A DNA stretch of 64,000 nt from Alphaproteobacteria bacterium (GCA_965220745.1 CBDCQT010000013.1:192001-256000); one strand, 5' to 3'. Shown: positions 1-13,378, counted from the first letter of the stretch. Translations and numbers: made by a program. Notes: generated from the sequence alone by a model not told the origin.

Positions 1-2
1 CC

Positions 3-131
3 CTCGGCGATGCCGCCGCGTGGCCGGTGCAGGGGCTGATCCGCCACTTCCGGCCCGAGCTCGAGCGGCGCATCCTCGCCGAGAAGGTCGGCGGCGGTGG
101 TGCTAACGCCACAGCGGCGGCCGCCGCCTGA
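3..131 (+). CDS. nuoF: NADH-quinone oxidoreductase subunit F, C-terminal end (partial, runs off window start)
   Basis: Manual translation [24 protein letters not shown]... ending TGA at 129-131; typical NuoF C-terminus directly upstream of nuoG. Confidence 0.93.
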   Translation, partial: LGDAAAWPVQGLIRHFRPELERRILAEKVGGGGANATAAAAA

Positions 132-142
132 GGACGCAAGCG

Positions 143-2203
143 ATGACCACGCTCACCATCGACGGCGCCGAGATCACGGTGGAGCCCGGCTCGACCGTGA
201 TGCAGGCCTGCATCGAGGCCGGCAAGGAGATCCCGCACTTCTGCTTCCACGACCGGCTCTCCATCGCCGGCAACTGCCGCATGTGCCTGGTGGAGATGGA
301 GCGCTCGCCGAAGCCCATCGCGTCGTGCGCGATGCCGGCGGCGGACGGCATGGTGATCCGCACAGACACGCCGCAGGTCAAGAAGGCGCGGGAAGGGGTG
401 ATGGAGTTCCTGCTCATCAATCACCCGCTCGACTGCCCGATCTGCGACCAGGGCGGCGAGTGCGACCTGCAGGACCAGGCCATGGCCTATGGCCGGCACT
501 TCAGCCGCTTCGACGAAGGCAAGCGCGCGGTGCGCGACAAGGACGTCGGGCCGCTGATCGAGACCATCATGACGCGCTGCATCCATTGCACGCGCTGCAT
601 CCGCTTCGCCGACGAGATTGCGGGGGTCGAGGAGTTCGGCGCGGTCTTCCGCGGCGAGCACATGGAAATCGGCACCTATGTCGAGAAGGCGGTGAGCTCC
701 GAGCTGAGCGGCAACATGATCGACCTCTGCCCGGTGGGTGCGCTGACCTCGAAGCCCTACGCCTTCGTCGCGCGCTCGTGGGAGCTTCGGACCACAGAGA
801 CGGTCGACGTGCTCGACGCGGTCGGCTCCAACATCCGGGTCGATGCGCGCGGGACCGAAGTCCTGCGGGTCGTGCCGCGCCTGCACGACGACATCAACGA
901 GGAGTGGCTCTCGGACAAGAGCCGCTTCGCCTACGACGGGCTGCGCCGGCGCCGCCTCGATCGCTGTTATGTGCGGCGAAATGGCGCGCTCGAAGCCGCA
1001 AGCTGGGCCGAGGCGTTCGACGCCATCGCTGCGGCGGCAGAGGGCCTCGACGGCGAGCAGATCGCGGCGCTCGCCGGCGACACGACGGACTGCGAAGCCA
1101 TGACCGCGTTGGCCGACCTCATGGCGGCACTGGGCTCGCCCAACCTCGATTGCCGGCAGGACGGCGCAGGGCTCGATGCGACGAGCCGGGTCTCCTACCT
1201 CTTCAACACCACAATCGCCGGGATCGAGGAGGCGGACGCGATCCTCCTGATCGGCACCAACCCGCGCTGGGAAGCCTCGCTGGTCAACGCGCGCATCCGC
1301 AAGCGCTGGCGGCGGGGCGGACTGAAAGTGGGCGTGATCGGCCCGAAGGTAGACCTGACCTACCCCTTCCATCATCTGGGCGACGGGCCGCAGAACCTCG
1401 CCGCTCTCGCGAAGGGGGGCGACGCCTTCGCCGACGTTCTGAAGATGGCGGAGAAGCCCATGCTGATCGTCGGCATGGGCGCGCTGACGCGGCCCGACGG
1501 CGCCCAGGTGCTGGCGCACGCCAGGGCGGTCGCAGAGGCGACAGGCATGGTCGCCGACGGCTGGAACGGCTTCAACGTGTTGCACACGGCAGCCGCCCGC
1601 GTCGGCGGGCTCGACCTCGGCTTCGTGCCGGGGGAGGGCGGGCGCGACACGGCCGCCATCTGCGAGGGCGCCGCGAGCGGCGGCATCAAGCTGCTCTACC
1701 TGTTGGGCGCAGACGAGATTGCGCTGGAGCGGCCGGAGAACTGCTTCGTGGTCTATCAGGGCCACCACGGCGATGCCGGCGCACGGCTCGCCGACGTGAT
1801 CCTGCCGGGTGCCGCGTACACAGAGAAGGACGGCACCTACGTCAATCTCGAGGGCCGGCCGCAGCGGGCCTACGCGGCGAGCGCGCCGCTCGGCGAGGCG
1901 CGGGAGGACTGGCGCATCCTGCGTGCGCTCTCCGCCCGTCTCGGCAACCCGCTCGCTTACGACACGCTGGACGAGCTTCGTGCCCGGATGCTGGAGCGGG
2001 CGCCGACTCTCGCCGCCATCGGCGAAATCACTCCGGCGCCCTGGGGCGAATTCGGTGCTGCCGGCGCCTTGGATGACGCGCCCTTCGCGTGCCCCATCGG
2101 GGACTTCTATCTGACCGACCCGATCACACGCGCGTCCCAGACCATGACCGAGTGCAGCGCGGCGTTCGTCGCTGCGGCAGAAGAGGCTCGCACCGATGGC
2201 TGA
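143..2203 (+). CDS. nuoG: NADH-quinone oxidoreductase subunit G
   Basis: Fe-S motifs [36 protein letters not shown]; operon position. Confidence 0.97.
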   Translation: MTTLTIDGAEITVEPGSTVMQACIEAGKEIPHFCFHDRLSIAGNCRMCLVEMERSPKPIASCAMPAADGMVIRTDTPQVKKAREGVMEFLLINHPLDCPICDQGGECDLQDQAMAYGRHFSRFDEGKRAVRDKDVGPLIETIMTRCIHCTRCIRFADEIAGVEEFGAVFRGEHMEIGTYVEKAVSSELSGNMIDLCPVGALTSKPYAFVARSWELRTTETVDVLDAVGSNIRVDARGTEVLRVVPRLHDDINEEWLSDKSRFAYDGLRRRRLDRCYVRRNGALEAASWAEAFDAIAAAAEGLDGEQIAALAGDTTDCEAMTALADLMAALGSPNLDCRQDGAGLDATSRVSYLFNTTIAGIEEADAILLIGTNPRWEASLVNARIRKRWRRGGLKVGVIGPKVDLTYPFHHLGDGPQNLAALAKGGDAFADVLKMAEKPMLIVGMGALTRPDGAQVLAHARAVAEATGMVADGWNGFNVLHTAAARVGGLDLGFVPGEGGRDTAAICEGAASGGIKLLYLLGADEIALERPENCFVVYQGHHGDAGARLADVILPGAAYTEKDGTYVNLEGRPQRAYAASAPLGEAREDWRILRALSARLGNPLAYDTLDELRARMLERAPTLAAIGEITPAPWGEFGAAGALDDAPFACPIGDFYLTDPITRASQTMTECSAAFVAAAEEARTDG

Positions 2204-3212
2204 AGCGGGCGTCTGGAGCACCTACTTCTACCCGTTGTTCCTGACCGTCGGGTACATCCTCGCGATCGTGGTGCCACTGCTGCTGGTGCTCGCCTTCATC
2301 ACGTATTTCGAGCGCAAGGTGTGGGCGGCGATCCAGCTCCGCAAGGGGCCCAACGTGGTGGGTCCTTTCGGCCTGCTCCAGCCGGTGGCGGACGGGATCA
2401 AGTGCCTGTTCAAGGAGACTATCGTCCCCGCCGGCGCCAACCGCATGCTCTTCGTGCTGGCGCCGATGGTGACCTTCAGCCTCGGCCTCATCGGCTGGGC
2501 GGTGATCCCCTTCGACCAGCACCTCGTGCTCGCCGACCTGAATGTCGGGCTGCTCTACCTCTTCGCGGTCTCTTCGCTCGGGGTATACGGCATCATCATC
2601 GCGGGCTGGGCCAGCAATTCGAAGTACGCCTTTCTCGGCGCGCTGCGCTCGGCGGCGCAGATGGTCTCCTACGAGGTCTCCATCGGCTTCGTCCTGGTGA
2701 CGGTGCTGCTCTGCGTCGGCTCACTCAACCTCAACGACATCGTCGAGGCGCAGAAGGGGCTCTGGTTCTTCATCCCGCTGTTCCCGATGTTCGTGATCTA
2801 CGTGGTCTCCGCGCTGGCCGAGACTAACCGCACGCCCTTCGACCTGCCGGAGGCCGAGGGCGAGCTGGTTGCCGGCTACCAGGTGGAATACTCGTCGATG
2901 ACCTGGCTGCTCTTCATGATGGGGGAGTACGCCAACATCGTGCTCCTGAGCGGGCTCAGCGTGATCCTGTTCCTCGGCGGTTGGCTGCCGCCGTTCCACG
3001 TCGAGCCCCTGATGGCGGTCCCCGGCGTGGTCTGGTTCCTGCTGAAGACCGCGGTGGTGGTTTTCTTCTTCACGTGGACCCGCGCGACGCTGCCGCGCTA
3101 CCGCTACGACCAGCTCATGCGGCTCGGCTGGAAGGTGTTCCTGCCTGCCTCGCTCGCCATGGTCGTGATCGTCGCCGGTGCGCTGCACGCGTTCGACTGG
3201 TTGCCGAGGTAA
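2196..3212 (+). CDS. nuoH: NADH-quinone oxidoreductase subunit H
   Basis: [51 protein letters not shown]. Confidence 0.97.
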   Translation: MAEAGVWSTYFYPLFLTVGYILAIVVPLLLVLAFITYFERKVWAAIQLRKGPNVVGPFGLLQPVADGIKCLFKETIVPAGANRMLFVLAPMVTFSLGLIGWAVIPFDQHLVLADLNVGLLYLFAVSSLGVYGIIIAGWASNSKYAFLGALRSAAQMVSYEVSIGFVLVTVLLCVGSLNLNDIVEAQKGLWFFIPLFPMFVIYVVSALAETNRTPFDLPEAEGELVAGYQVEYSSMTWLLFMMGEYANIVLLSGLSVILFLGGWLPPFHVEPLMAVPGVVWFLLKTAVVVFFFTWTRATLPRYRYDQLMRLGWKVFLPASLAMVVIVAGALHAFDWLPR

Positions 3213-3276
3213 GTCACTGTGGCGACGGCAGGCGGCCTGTGCTATGGCCGCGCCCGGCGCCGACGAGGAGGTCGCC

Positions 3277-3765
3277 ATGCCAGCGATTGAGCAGACAGTT
3301 CGATCCTTGCTCCTGACCGAGCTGGCGGTCGGGCTCGGCGTGACCTTCAAGTCGATGTTCAAGCGCAAGGCGACGCTCAACTACCCCTACGAGAAGGGCA
3401 TGCTGAGCCCGCGCTTTCGCGGCGAGCACGCGCTGCGCCGCTACCCCAACGGCGAGGAACGCTGCATCGCCTGCAAGCTGTGCGAGGCGATCTGCCCCGC
3501 GCAGGCCATCACCATCGAGGCGGAGCCGAGGGAGGACGGCAGCCGGCGCACCACGCGCTACGACATCGACATGGTGAAGTGCATCTATTGCGGATTCTGT
3601 CAGGAGGCCTGCCCGGTCGACGCCATCGTCGAGGGGCCGAACTTCGAATTTGCCGCCGAGACCCGCGAGGAGCTGCTCTACAACAAGGAGAAGCTGCTCG
3701 ACAACGGCGACCGCTGGGAGCGGGAGATCGCCGCCAACCTGAGCGCGGAGGCACCTTACCGCTGA
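3277..3765 (+). CDS. nuoI: NADH-quinone oxidoreductase subunit I
   Basis: Two 4Fe-4S motifs [12 protein letters not shown] and [12 protein letters not shown]; start set at ATG 3277 after GAGGAG. Confidence 0.97.
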   Translation: MPAIEQTVRSLLLTELAVGLGVTFKSMFKRKATLNYPYEKGMLSPRFRGEHALRRYPNGEERCIACKLCEAICPAQAITIEAEPREDGSRRTTRYDIDMVKCIYCGFCQEACPVDAIVEGPNFEFAAETREELLYNKEKLLDNGDRWEREIAANLSAEAPYR

Positions 3766-3814
3766 GCCGGGATCGGCAGGGGCGGAACGGTAAGCCAAGC
3801 GGGACCACGGCACG

Positions 3815-4444
3815 ATGATCATCCAGACGATCATGTTCTATGTCCTCGCCGTGGTGACGGTGGGGGCGGGCGTCATGGTGATCGCCTCGCGCAACCCGGT
3901 TCACTCGGTGCTGTTCCTGATCCTGGCGTTCTTTAATTCGGCCGGGCTCTTCGTGATGATGGGGGCCGAGTTCCTGGCGATGATCCTGATCATCGTCTAC
4001 GTGGGCGCCGTCGCCGTGCTCTTCCTCTTCGTCGTGATGATGCTGAACATCAACTTCGCGGAGCTGCGCGCGGGCTTCCTGCAATACCTGCCCATCGGCG
4101 GCGTCATCGGAATCATATTGCTTGCCGAGCTGGTGCTGGTCTTCGCCTCGGGCGCCATCGACATCGAGGTGCCGACGACGGTGGCATCGCCGACGCCGCC
4201 GGCCGAGGAGGTCACCAACACCCAGGCGCTGGGTGACGTGCTCTACACGCACTACGCCTACCTCTTCCAGGGCGCGGGCTTCATCCTCCTGATCGCGATG
4301 GTGGGCGCCATCGTGCTCACCCACCGGCGCCGTGCCGACGTCCGGCGTCAGCGCATCGCCGATCAGGTGGCGCGCGATCCCAAGGCAGCCGTTCAGGTCA
4401 CCGATATCGAGCCGGGCGCGGAGGGGACATGGAAATCGGACTGA
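3815..4444 (+). CDS. nuoJ: NADH-quinone oxidoreductase subunit J
   Basis: [30 protein letters not shown]. Confidence 0.96.
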   Translation: MIIQTIMFYVLAVVTVGAGVMVIASRNPVHSVLFLILAFFNSAGLFVMMGAEFLAMILIIVYVGAVAVLFLFVVMMLNINFAELRAGFLQYLPIGGVIGIILLAELVLVFASGAIDIEVPTTVASPTPPAEEVTNTQALGDVLYTHYAYLFQGAGFILLIAMVGAIVLTHRRRADVRRQRIADQVARDPKAAVQVTDIEPGAEGTWKSD

Positions 4445-4737
4445 CCCATTACCTCACCGTGGCCGCGGTCCTGTTCACCCTCGGCGTCGTCGGCATCTTT
4501 CTCAACCGCAAGAACGTCATCATCATTCTGATGGCGATCGAGCTGATGCTGCTCGCCGTCAACATCAACCTGGTCGCTTTCTCGACCTTCCTCAACGACA
4601 TGGTGGGCCAGGTCTTCGCCATGCTCGTGCTCACGGTCGCGGCCGCCGAGGCTGCGATCGGTCTCGCCATCCTGGTCGTCTACTTCCGCAATCGCGGCAG
4701 CATCGCCGTCGAGGACGTCAACGTGATGAAGGGTTAG
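4429..4737 (+). CDS. nuoK: NADH-quinone oxidoreductase subunit K
   Basis: [26 protein letters not shown]. Confidence 0.96.
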   Translation: MEIGLTHYLTVAAVLFTLGVVGIFLNRKNVIIILMAIELMLLAVNINLVAFSTFLNDMVGQVFAMLVLTVAAAEAAIGLAILVVYFRNRGSIAVEDVNVMKG

Positions 4738-4743
4738 GCGCCG

Positions 4744-6672
4744 GTGCTCTATTACGCCGCGCCCATTTTCCTGCCGCTCTTCGGGGCGGTAATCGCCGGC
4801 CTGTTCGGCCGGGTGATAGGCGCGCGCGGTGCCCAGCTCGTCACCTGCGGCGCGATGGGCGTCGCCGCGGTGATGGCGATCGTGGTCTTCACCGAGGTCG
4901 TGCTCCAGGGCGAGACCGCGACCATCGTGCTCTTCGACTGGTTCGCCTCCGGCGATCTCGACGTCGACTGGCTGCTCAGGTTCGACGAGTTGACCGGGGT
5001 GATGGTCTTCGTCGTCTGCGTGGTCTCGTTCCTGATCCACGTCTATTCCATCGGCTACATGGCGCACGACCCCCATGTGCCGCGCTTCTTCGCGTATCTC
5101 TCGCTCTTCACCTTCTTCATGCTGGCGCTGGTGAGCGCCGACAACTTCCTTCAGATGTTCTTCGGCTGGGAGGGCGTCGGCCTCGTCTCCTACCTGCTGA
5201 TCGGCTTCTGGTACAAGCGGCCGTCGGCGAACGCGGCGGCGATCAAGGCTTTCATCGTCAACCGGGTGGGCGATTTCGGCTTCGCGCTGGGTATCCTCGC
5301 GATCTTCCTGATGTTCGACACCGTCTCGTTCGACGCGGTGTTCTCCGGCGCGCCGGGCATGGTGGATGCCGAGGTGACCTTCCTCGGCCATTCCTTCGAC
5401 TTCCTGGAGGTCACCTGCATCCTGCTCTTCGTCGGCGCCATGGGGAAGTCAGCGCAGTTCTTGCTGCACACCTGGTTGCCGGACGCGATGGAAGGGCCGA
5501 CGCCGGTCTCCGCGCTGATCCATGCCGCGACCATGGTGACCGCCGGCGTCTTCATGGTGGCGCGGCTCTCGCCGATCTTCGAATACGCGCCGATCGCGCT
5601 CTCGGTGGTGACCTTCTTCGGCGCGACGACGGCGATCTTCGCGGCGACCATCGCGATCACCCAGAACGACATCAAGCGGGTGATCGCCTATTCGACCTGC
5701 AGCCAGCTCGGCTACATGTTCTTCGCCTGCGGTGTGTCGGCCTACGGCGCGGGCATCTTCCACCTGACCACGCATGCCTTTTTCAAGGCGCTGCTCTTCC
5801 TCGGTGCGGGCGCGGTGATCCACGCCATGTCGGACGAGCAGGACATGCGCAAGATGGGCGGCATCTGGCGCATGATCCCGGTGACCTACGTGCTGATGTG
5901 GATCGGCAACCTGGCCTTGGCGGGGATTTTCCCGTTCTCGGGCTTCTTCTCGAAGGACATCATCCTGGAGTCCGCGTTCGCCTCGCACACCGGGCTCGGC
6001 ATGTATGCCTTCGGGCTCGGCATCCTGGCGGCGTTCCTGACCGCTTTCTATTCGTGGCGGCTGCTCTTCTTGACCTTCCACGGCAAGCCGCGCGCCGACG
6101 AGAGGGTGATGGCCCACGTGCACGAGGCGCCGCCCGTGATGTGGGTGCCGCTGGTGGGGCTCGCCATCGGTGCGGTCGTGATCGGCTACCTGATGCTGCC
6201 GATGGTGGCGACGGACATCGACTTCTGGGGCACCTCGATCCTCGTGCTGCCGATCCACAACGCGCTGGAGGAGGCGCACCACGTCGACTTCTGGGTCAAG
6301 GCGCTGCCGATGGCGGTGGGCGTGCTCGGGATCGCCGGTGCCTTCCTCTTCTACGTGCTGAAGCCGGAGCTGCCGGGCCGGCTCGCCACCCGCGCGCGGC
6401 CTGTCTACCTGTTCCTGCTCAACAAGTGGTACTTCGACGAGCTCTACGACATCCTCTTCGTGCGCTCCGCCAAGTATCTCGGGCGCAACCTCTGGAGGCA
6501 GGGGGACGGTGCCGTGATCGACGGCATCGGGCCGGATGGGATCGCCGCCGCGACGCTCTCGGTCGCGCGCCGCGCCGTCCGGCTGCAGTCGGGCTACGTC
6601 TATCACTACGCCTTCGCGATGCTGCTGGGGCTCGCGGCCATCGTCACCTGGTATCTGATCGCGGGCAGGTAG
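4744..6672 (+). CDS. nuoL: NADH-quinone oxidoreductase subunit L
   Basis: FFGWEGVG, GKSAQFLLHTWLPDAMEGPTPVSALIHAATMV, HAFFKALLF. Confidence 0.97.
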   Translation: MLYYAAPIFLPLFGAVIAGLFGRVIGARGAQLVTCGAMGVAAVMAIVVFTEVVLQGETATIVLFDWFASGDLDVDWLLRFDELTGVMVFVVCVVSFLIHVYSIGYMAHDPHVPRFFAYLSLFTFFMLALVSADNFLQMFFGWEGVGLVSYLLIGFWYKRPSANAAAIKAFIVNRVGDFGFALGILAIFLMFDTVSFDAVFSGAPGMVDAEVTFLGHSFDFLEVTCILLFVGAMGKSAQFLLHTWLPDAMEGPTPVSALIHAATMVTAGVFMVARLSPIFEYAPIALSVVTFFGATTAIFAATIAITQNDIKRVIAYSTCSQLGYMFFACGVSAYGAGIFHLTTHAFFKALLFLGAGAVIHAMSDEQDMRKMGGIWRMIPVTYVLMWIGNLALAGIFPFSGFFSKDIILESAFASHTGLGMYAFGLGILAAFLTAFYSWRLLFLTFHGKPRADERVMAHVHEAPPVMWVPLVGLAIGAVVIGYLMLPMVATDIDFWGTSILVLPIHNALEEAHHVDFWVKALPMAVGVLGIAGAFLFYVLKPELPGRLATRARPVYLFLLNKWYFDELYDILFVRSAKYLGRNLWRQGDGAVIDGIGPDGIAAATLSVARRAVRLQSGYVYHYAFAMLLGLAAIVTWYLIAGR

Positions 6673-6677
6673 CCGGC

Positions 6678-8216
6678 ATGACCGATTGGCCGATCCTGTC
6701 CACCGTCACCTTCCTGCCGCTGGTGGGTGTGTTCTTCATCCTCCTGATCCGCGGGGACGAGCGGCAGATCGCGGCCAACTCGCGGCACGTGGCGCTCTGG
6801 ACCTCGGTGGTCACGTTCGCGCTCTCGATCGTGCTGATCGCCGATTTCGACACCACGACGGCGGAGTTCCAGTTCGTCGAGTTCGTGCCGTGGCTGCCCG
6901 AGCACAATATCGGCTACCACCTGGGTGTGGACGGGATCTCGATCTTCTTCCTGATTCTGACCACGTTCCTGATCCCGCTCTGCATCCTCGCCTCGTGGGA
7001 GGCGATCGCGACGCGGGTGCGCGAATTCATGATCGCCTTCCTGGTGATGGAGACGCTGATCGTCGGCGTCTTCTGCTCCCTCGACTTCGTGATGTTCTAC
7101 ATCTTCTTCGAGGGGCAGCTGATTCCGATGTTCCTGATCATCGGCATCTGGGGCGGTGCGCGGCGGGTCTATTCCGCGTTCAAGTTCTTCCTCTACACGC
7201 TGGTGGGCTCGGTGCTGTTCCTGCTGGCGATCCTCTTCATGTACCTCGACGCCGGTACCACCGACATCCCGATGCTGCTTGTGCACGAGTTCGCGCCGGC
7301 GATACAGACCTGGCTCTGGCTCGCGCTCTTCGCCTCCTTCGCGGTCAAGCTGCCGATGTGGCCGTTCCACACCTGGCTGCCGGACGCGCACGTGGAGGCG
7401 CCGACGGCGGGCTCGGTGATCCTCGCCGGCATCCTGCTGAAGATGGGGGGCTACGGCTTTCTCCGCTTTTCGCTGCCGATGCTGCCAGACGCGAGCGCCT
7501 TCTTCGTGCCCTTCATCTATTCGCTGAGCGTGGTCGCGATCATTTACACCTCGCTGGTCGCGCTCATGCAGCAGGACATGAAGAAGCTGATCGCCTACTC
7601 CTCGGTCGCCCACATGGGGATCGTCACCATCGGCATCTTCACCTTCACCGGCCAGGGGATCGAAGGCGGCATCATCCAGATGCTGAGCCACGGCATCGTC
7701 TCGGCCGCGCTCTTCCTCTGCGTCGGCGTGGTCTACGACCGCACCCACACCCGCGAGATCGCGGACTACGGCGGGCTGGTGCACCGCATGCCGATCTACG
7801 CCTTCGTGCTGATGGTGTTCACGCTGGCCGCCATCGGCCTACCCGGCACCAGCGGCTTCGTCGGCGAGTTCATGGTGCTGGTGGGCGCCTTCCAGTCCAA
7901 CACCTGGGTCGCCATGCTGGCGCTGACCGGCGTGATCCTGGGCGCCGCCTACATGCTCTGGCTCTACCGGCGCGTGATCTTCGGCGAGCTCACCAAGGAG
8001 AATCTCAAGTCGATCACCGATCTCAACTGGCGCGAGGTCGGCATCTTCGCACCCCTGGTCTCGCTCGCGCTGGTGCTGGGGCTCTATCCCGAGCCCTTCC
8101 TCGACGTGCTGCACGTCTCGGTCGAGAACCTGATCGCGCAGACCAACGGCGCGCCCGATCTTCCCATTGCTGAGACTGAGAGCGTGCCCCTGCCCACGCT
8201 CGCGGCGCTGAACTAG
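6678..8216 (+). CDS. nuoM: NADH-quinone oxidoreductase subunit M
   Basis: C-terminal part of track ORF 4332..8216, from MTDWPILS; [35 protein letters not shown]. Confidence 0.96.
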   Translation: MTDWPILSTVTFLPLVGVFFILLIRGDERQIAANSRHVALWTSVVTFALSIVLIADFDTTTAEFQFVEFVPWLPEHNIGYHLGVDGISIFFLILTTFLIPLCILASWEAIATRVREFMIAFLVMETLIVGVFCSLDFVMFYIFFEGQLIPMFLIIGIWGGARRVYSAFKFFLYTLVGSVLFLLAILFMYLDAGTTDIPMLLVHEFAPAIQTWLWLALFASFAVKLPMWPFHTWLPDAHVEAPTAGSVILAGILLKMGGYGFLRFSLPMLPDASAFFVPFIYSLSVVAIIYTSLVALMQQDMKKLIAYSSVAHMGIVTIGIFTFTGQGIEGGIIQMLSHGIVSAALFLCVGVVYDRTHTREIADYGGLVHRMPIYAFVLMVFTLAAIGLPGTSGFVGEFMVLVGAFQSNTWVAMLALTGVILGAAYMLWLYRRVIFGELTKENLKSITDLNWREVGIFAPLVSLALVLGLYPEPFLDVLHVSVENLIAQTNGAPDLPIAETESVPLPTLAALN

Positions 8217-8226
8217 GGGCCGGGCG

Positions 8227-9687
8227 ATGCAACCCTTCGTCGAGCCGGACTATCTGCCCGCCCTGCCGGAGCTCTTTCTCGCAGGGGCCTCGGTCACGCT
8301 GCTGATGGCGGGCGTCTTTATCGGCGACCGCTCGACCCGGCTGATGACCTGGCTCGCCTGCGTCGCCATGGCGGCGGCCTTCGTCATGGTGCTGGTGCTC
8401 CCCGACGAGCGGACGACCACCTTCTTCGGCCTCTTCGTGACCGACCGCTTCGCCGCCTTCATGAAGTGCCTGGTGCTGGTGGGTGCGGCGGTGACGCTCA
8501 TCGTGGGGCTCGGCTACGTGAAGCGCGAGGGGATGAACCGCTTCGAGTTCCCGGTGCTGATTGTCTTCGCCACTCTCGGCATGCTGCTGATGATCTCGGC
8601 GAACGACCTGATCGCGCTCTACGTGGGGCTCGAGCTGCAGAGCCTCTCGCTCTACATCGTTGCCGCGTTCCGCCGGGATTCGCTGCGCTCGACTGAGGCC
8701 GGCCTCAAGTATTTCGTGCTGGGCGCGATCTCGTCGGGCCTGCTGCTCTACGGCTGCTCCATGGTCTACGGTTTCACCGGCGTGACCGGCTTCGAGGGGA
8801 TCGCGGAGGCGCTGGCCACCACCGTGCCGGGCAACGTGGCGGCAGAGACGGGCGTCCTGATCGGGCTGGTGTTCATCGCCGCGGCGCTGGCCTTCAAGGT
8901 CTCGGCGGTGCCGTTCCATATGTGGACGCCCGATGTCTACGAGGGCGCGCCGACCCCGGTCACCGCCTTCTTCGCCGCGGCGCCCAAGGTCGCGGCCATG
9001 GCATTGCTGCTCCGGGTCTTCCTCGGCCCCTTCCACGAGCTTGCCGGCCAGTGGGACCAGATCATCATCTTCGTCTCGATCGCCTCCATGGGGCTCGGCG
9101 CCTTCGCCGCCATCGGCCAGAAGAACATCAAGCGGCTGATGGCCTACAGCTCCATCGGCCATGTCGGCTACGCGCTGGTCGGGCTCTCGGCGGGCACGCC
9201 CGAAGGCATCCGGGGCGTGCTCGTCTACATGTTGATCTACATGGTGATGACCCTCGGCGGCTTCGCCTGCATTCTCGCCATGCGCCAGCGCGGCCAGATG
9301 GTGGAGGAGATCAGCGATCTCTCCGGCCTCTCCAAGACCAACCCGTCGCTTGCGTTGGCACTCGCGATCTTCATGTTCTCGATGGCGGGTATCCCGCCGC
9401 TCGCCGGCTTCTTCGGCAAGCTCTACGTGTTCCTGGCGGCGGTAGACGAGGGGCTCTACGGACTCGCCATCTTCGGCGTGCTGGCGAGCGTGGTGGGCGC
9501 CTACTACTACATCAGGATCGTCAAGGTGATGTACTTCGACCAGCCGGCGGAGGGCTTCGACCGCCCGGTCGGCGTGGAGCTTTCCGCCGTGCTCGCGGGC
9601 ACGGGCATCATCACGCTGTTCTTCTTCGCCTACCCGGCGCCGATCCTGGCCGGGGCGGAAGCCGCTGCCGCGGCGCTCATGCCCTGA
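8227..9687 (+). CDS. nuoN: NADH-quinone oxidoreductase subunit N
   Basis: [43 protein letters not shown]. Confidence 0.97.
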   Translation: MQPFVEPDYLPALPELFLAGASVTLLMAGVFIGDRSTRLMTWLACVAMAAAFVMVLVLPDERTTTFFGLFVTDRFAAFMKCLVLVGAAVTLIVGLGYVKREGMNRFEFPVLIVFATLGMLLMISANDLIALYVGLELQSLSLYIVAAFRRDSLRSTEAGLKYFVLGAISSGLLLYGCSMVYGFTGVTGFEGIAEALATTVPGNVAAETGVLIGLVFIAAALAFKVSAVPFHMWTPDVYEGAPTPVTAFFAAAPKVAAMALLLRVFLGPFHELAGQWDQIIIFVSIASMGLGAFAAIGQKNIKRLMAYSSIGHVGYALVGLSAGTPEGIRGVLVYMLIYMVMTLGGFACILAMRQRGQMVEEISDLSGLSKTNPSLALALAIFMFSMAGIPPLAGFFGKLYVFLAAVDEGLYGLAIFGVLASVVGAYYYIRIVKVMYFDQPAEGFDRPVGVELSAVLAGTGIITLFFFAYPAPILAGAEAAAAALMP

Positions 9688-9710
9688 CCGCGATCGCGGC
9701 CACCACGCCC

Positions 9711-10499
9711 ATGCCGCCGGCGACACTGCCGCCGGGCTACGCTCTGATCGCCCTCGACGAGGCCGGCAGCACCAACGACGAGGCCAAGACGCGTGCGGAG
9801 ACGGGCGCGCCCGATGGCACTGTGATTTGGGCGCGGCAGCAGCGGGCGGGGCGCGGCAGACGGGGCCGCGCCTGGGTCTCGCCGCCGGGCAATCTCTACC
9901 TATCGGCGATCCTCCGCCCTGCCTGCGAGGCGCGGAGCGTCGCTCAGCTCTCCTTCGTCGCCGCGCTTGCGGTGCTCGACCTGGTGGACGGGCCACTGCC
10001 CGGCCGAGGGCGCTGCAAGTGGCCGAACGATGTGCTCGTGGAGGGCGGCAAGGTCGCCGGCATTCTTCTGGAATCGGCGCTTGGGCCGGGCGGACATGTG
10101 GACTGGGTGGTGCTGGGGATTGGCGTGAACCTTGCGAGCCATCCCGGCATTGATGGCCCGGTCCCGTCGACGAGCCTTGTCGACGCCGGTGCCCCGCTGC
10201 TTGCGCCGGAAGATGCGTTGCCCGCGGTGCTGGCGGCCCTCGCCCGGCGCAGGCAAGAATGGGAGGCGCAGGGCTTTGAAGCGGTTAGACGTGCTTGGCT
10301 CGCCCGCGCCCACGGGCTGGGCGGCCCGGTGACGGTGACGAACGGCGAGCGGAGACTCACAGGCGTGTTCGAAGGGCTCGACGAGGAGGGCGCGCTGCTG
10401 CTCTCGCGGCCGGGCGCAGGCCCGCTCTCCATCTCGGCCGGCGATGTAACATTCGGCGATGTCGCCGAAGCGGAGGCGGCGCATGCTGCTCGCGGTTGA
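9711..10499 (+). CDS. birA: Biotin--[acetyl-CoA-carboxylase] ligase (no HTH domain)
   Basis: [31 protein letters not shown]; C-terminal part of track ORF 8922..10499; start approximate. Confidence 0.93.
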   Translation: MPPATLPPGYALIALDEAGSTNDEAKTRAETGAPDGTVIWARQQRAGRGRRGRAWVSPPGNLYLSAILRPACEARSVAQLSFVAALAVLDLVDGPLPGRGRCKWPNDVLVEGGKVAGILLESALGPGGHVDWVVLGIGVNLASHPGIDGPVPSTSLVDAGAPLLAPEDALPAVLAALARRRQEWEAQGFEAVRRAWLARAHGLGGPVTVTNGERRLTGVFEGLDEEGALLLSRPGAGPLSISAGDVTFGDVAEAEAAHAARG

Positions 10500-11268
10500 C
10501 GCCGGCAACACCAACACTGTCTTTGCCGTGTTCGACGGCGACGGGGAAGACGCGCCGCGTGGCCAGTGGCGGGCCATGACCGACGCCAGGCGCACGAGCG
10601 ACGAGTACGCGGTCTGGCTCGGCCAACTCCTGGCGCAGAAGGGCCTCAGCCTCGCCGATATCGACGAGGCCATCGTCTCCAGCGTGGTGCCGCAGGGGAT
10701 CGGTGCGTTGAAGTCGCTCTGCGCCGATCATTGCGGCTGCGCGGCGCAAGTGATCGGAGAGCCGGGGGTCGCGCTCGGCATCGCGGTCAACGTGCCCCGG
10801 CCCGAGGAGGTGGGGGCCGACCGGCTGGTCAACACGGTGGGCGCGCATATCCGCCATCCGGGCGCGCTCATCATCCTCGACTTCGGCACCGCGACCACCT
10901 TCGATTCCGTGAGCGCGGAGGGCGCTTACGAGGGCGGCATCATCGCGCCGGGGATCGGTCTTTCGCTGGAGGCGCTGCATCAGGCCGCCGCGCAGCTTCC
11001 ACGCATCGCGGTCAAGCGCCCCGAACGGCTGATTGCCAAGGCGACGGTGCCGGCCATGCAGTCCGGCATCTACTGGGGTTACGTCGGGCTGATCGAGGGT
11101 ATCGTGGCGCGCATGAAGGCCGAAATCGCGGCACCCGTGACGACGGTCGCGACCGGCGGGCTCGCCAGCCTCTTCGGCGATGCGACGGACGCGATAGACA
11201 GGGTCGATCCTGACCTGACCATCCGGGGGCTGCGCGAGGTCCACCGGCGCAACCGGAGGGCGCCATGA
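10483..11268 (+). CDS. coaX: Type III pantothenate kinase
   Basis: [33 protein letters not shown]. Confidence 0.94.
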   Translation: MLLAVDAGNTNTVFAVFDGDGEDAPRGQWRAMTDARRTSDEYAVWLGQLLAQKGLSLADIDEAIVSSVVPQGIGALKSLCADHCGCAAQVIGEPGVALGIAVNVPRPEEVGADRLVNTVGAHIRHPGALIILDFGTATTFDSVSAEGAYEGGIIAPGIGLSLEALHQAAAQLPRIAVKRPERLIAKATVPAMQSGIYWGYVGLIEGIVARMKAEIAAPVTTVATGGLASLFGDATDAIDRVDPDLTIRGLREVHRRNRRAP

Positions 11269-12950
11269 GCGCGCCCGAGAGGACCGCCGCGCCCAGCGTC
11301 CAGCGCGATGCGCTGCACTTCCTGCCCCTCGGCGGGGCCGGCGAGATCGGCATGAACCTCAACCTCTACGCCTGCCAGGGCCAGTGGCTGATGGTCGATC
11401 TCGGCATCACCTTCGCGGGCGACACGCTGCCCGGCATCGACGTAATCATGCCGGACCCGGCGTTCATCGAGGAGCGCTGGAAGGACCTGCTGGCCATCGT
11501 GCTGACCCATGCCCACGAGGACCATCTGGGCGCGGTCGCCTATCTCTGGCCGAGGCTGCGCTGCCCCGTGTACGCGACCCCGTTCGCCGCCGCAGTGCTG
11601 CGCGAGAAGCTGGCGGACGCGAAGCTGCTCTCGGAGGTGCCACTGACCGAGGTGGCGCTCTCCAGCCGGCTCGATCTCGGGCCGTTCGCGCTCACCTTCA
11701 TTTCGCTCACCCACTCGATCCCGGAGCCGAACGCGCTGCTCATCGAGACGCCCTACGGGCGCGTCATGCACACGGGCGACTGGAAGATCGATCCCGACCC
11801 CCTGGTGGGCGATCCCCTGGACGAGGCCGCGCTGCGGCAGGCGGGCGAGGCCGGCGTGCTCGCTTTGGTCGGCGATTCCACGAATGCGACGGTCGAAGGC
11901 GAGTCCGGATCGGAAGGCGAGGTGCGCGAAACCCTCGCGCGCCTGATCGCCGAGCGCGAGCAGGGCATCGCGGTCACCCTCTTCGCCTCCAACGTCGCCC
12001 GGCTCGAGTCGGTGGCGCTGGCGGCGCGGGACGCGGGTCGGGAGCCGGTGCTGGTCGGGCGCTCGCTCCATCGCTACGTGCGGGCGGCGCGCGCCTGCGG
12101 CTATCTCGACGGCGTTCGTCTGCTCACGGAGGACGAGGGCGCGCCGCTGCACAGCAGCCAAGTGGTCTATCTCTGTACCGGCTGCCAGGGCGAGCCGCGC
12201 GCCGCCATGTCTCGGATTGGCTCGGATAACCATCCGCGGGTGAGCCTCGGCGATGGCGATACGGTGATCTTCTCGTCGAAGATCATCCCCGGCAACGAGC
12301 GGACGATTGGCGACCTGCATAACAGGCTGCTACGGCGCGGTATCGAGGTCATCACGGAGAACGACGCAAGCGTGCACGTCTCCGGCCATCCCTGCCGGGG
12401 CGAGCTGCGCCAGATGTACCAATGGATTAGGCCGCAGATTGCGGTGCCGGTGCACGGCGAGGCGCGCCACATGCAGGCGCATGGCGCATTGGCCCGCGCG
12501 CTGCAGGTGCCGGAGCCGATCTTCGTCGAGAACGGCGATCTGCTGCGCCTTGCGCCGGGGCCGGCCACGGTGATCGGCCGCGCGCCGGCCGGGCGGCTCG
12601 CGCTGGACGGCGAGCAGATCGTCGCGACCAATCACGTCTCCATCGGCGCGCGCCGCAAGCTGATGCACAATGGGGCGGTCTTCGTCTCTGTCGTGGTCGA
12701 CCGCAGCGGGCGCACGCTTGTTTCGCCCCAGGTCTCGGGCCGGGGAATCCTGGACGGGGAGGACGAGGAGGCGACGCGGGAGGCGATTGCGGCGGACGTC
12801 GCGGACGCAGTGGACTCTCTGCCGCGGGCGCAGGCGCGCGAGGAGACCGCGATCGAACAGGCTGCGCGGCAAGCCATCCGCCGCGCGCTACGCGAGAGCC
12901 ACGGCAAGCGCCCGGTGATCGACGTGCAGATCGCGCGGGTGCCGGGCTGA
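11265..12950 (+). CDS. rnj: Ribonuclease J
   Basis: [36 protein letters not shown]. Confidence 0.95.
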   Translation: MSAPERTAAPSVQRDALHFLPLGGAGEIGMNLNLYACQGQWLMVDLGITFAGDTLPGIDVIMPDPAFIEERWKDLLAIVLTHAHEDHLGAVAYLWPRLRCPVYATPFAAAVLREKLADAKLLSEVPLTEVALSSRLDLGPFALTFISLTHSIPEPNALLIETPYGRVMHTGDWKIDPDPLVGDPLDEAALRQAGEAGVLALVGDSTNATVEGESGSEGEVRETLARLIAEREQGIAVTLFASNVARLESVALAARDAGREPVLVGRSLHRYVRAARACGYLDGVRLLTEDEGAPLHSSQVVYLCTGCQGEPRAAMSRIGSDNHPRVSLGDGDTVIFSSKIIPGNERTIGDLHNRLLRRGIEVITENDASVHVSGHPCRGELRQMYQWIRPQIAVPVHGEARHMQAHGALARALQVPEPIFVENGDLLRLAPGPATVIGRAPAGRLALDGEQIVATNHVSIGARRKLMHNGAVFVSVVVDRSGRTLVSPQVSGRGILDGEDEEATREAIAADVADAVDSLPRAQAREETAIEQAARQAIRRALRESHGKRPVIDVQIARVPG

Positions 12951-12963
12951 GCGGAGCCAGACC

Positions 12964-13368
12964 ATGATTGGACGCCTGAACCATGTCGCCATCGCCGTGC
13001 CCGACCTCCCGGCGGCGAGCGCGCTTTATCGCGGGACGCTCGGCGCCGAGGTCTCCGACCCTCTGGACCTGCCCGAGCACGGAGTGACGACGGTCTTCGT
13101 CACGCTGCCCAACACCAAGCTCGAACTGCTGCACCCGCTGGGCGATGGCTCGCCGATTGCGGGCTTCCTCGCCAAGAGCCCGTCGGGCGGCATCCACCAT
13201 CTCTGCTACGAGGTGGACGATATCTACGCGGCGCGCGACCGCCTGGTGGCGGAAGGCGCGCGAGTGCTGGGCGACGGCGAGCCGCGCACCGGCGCCCACG
13301 GCAAACCAGTGATTTTCCTCCACCCCAAGGACTTCTGCGGCACGCTGGTCGAGCTGGAGCAGGTCTGA
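12964..13368 (+). CDS. mce: Methylmalonyl-CoA epimerase
   Basis: MIGRLNHVAIAV, GGIHHLCYEV, FLHPKDFCGTLVELEQ. Confidence 0.94.
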   Translation: MIGRLNHVAIAVPDLPAASALYRGTLGAEVSDPLDLPEHGVTTVFVTLPNTKLELLHPLGDGSPIAGFLAKSPSGGIHHLCYEVDDIYAARDRLVAEGARVLGDGEPRTGAHGKPVIFLHPKDFCGTLVELEQV

Positions 13369-13378
13369 GGCCGCCGCC

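Noticed and set aside
4332-8216. 1294-aa ORF suggesting a giant NuoM fusion
   Set aside because: The N-terminal ~780 aa is an Arg/Gly-rich shadow frame over nuoK and nuoL; real NuoM starts at 6678
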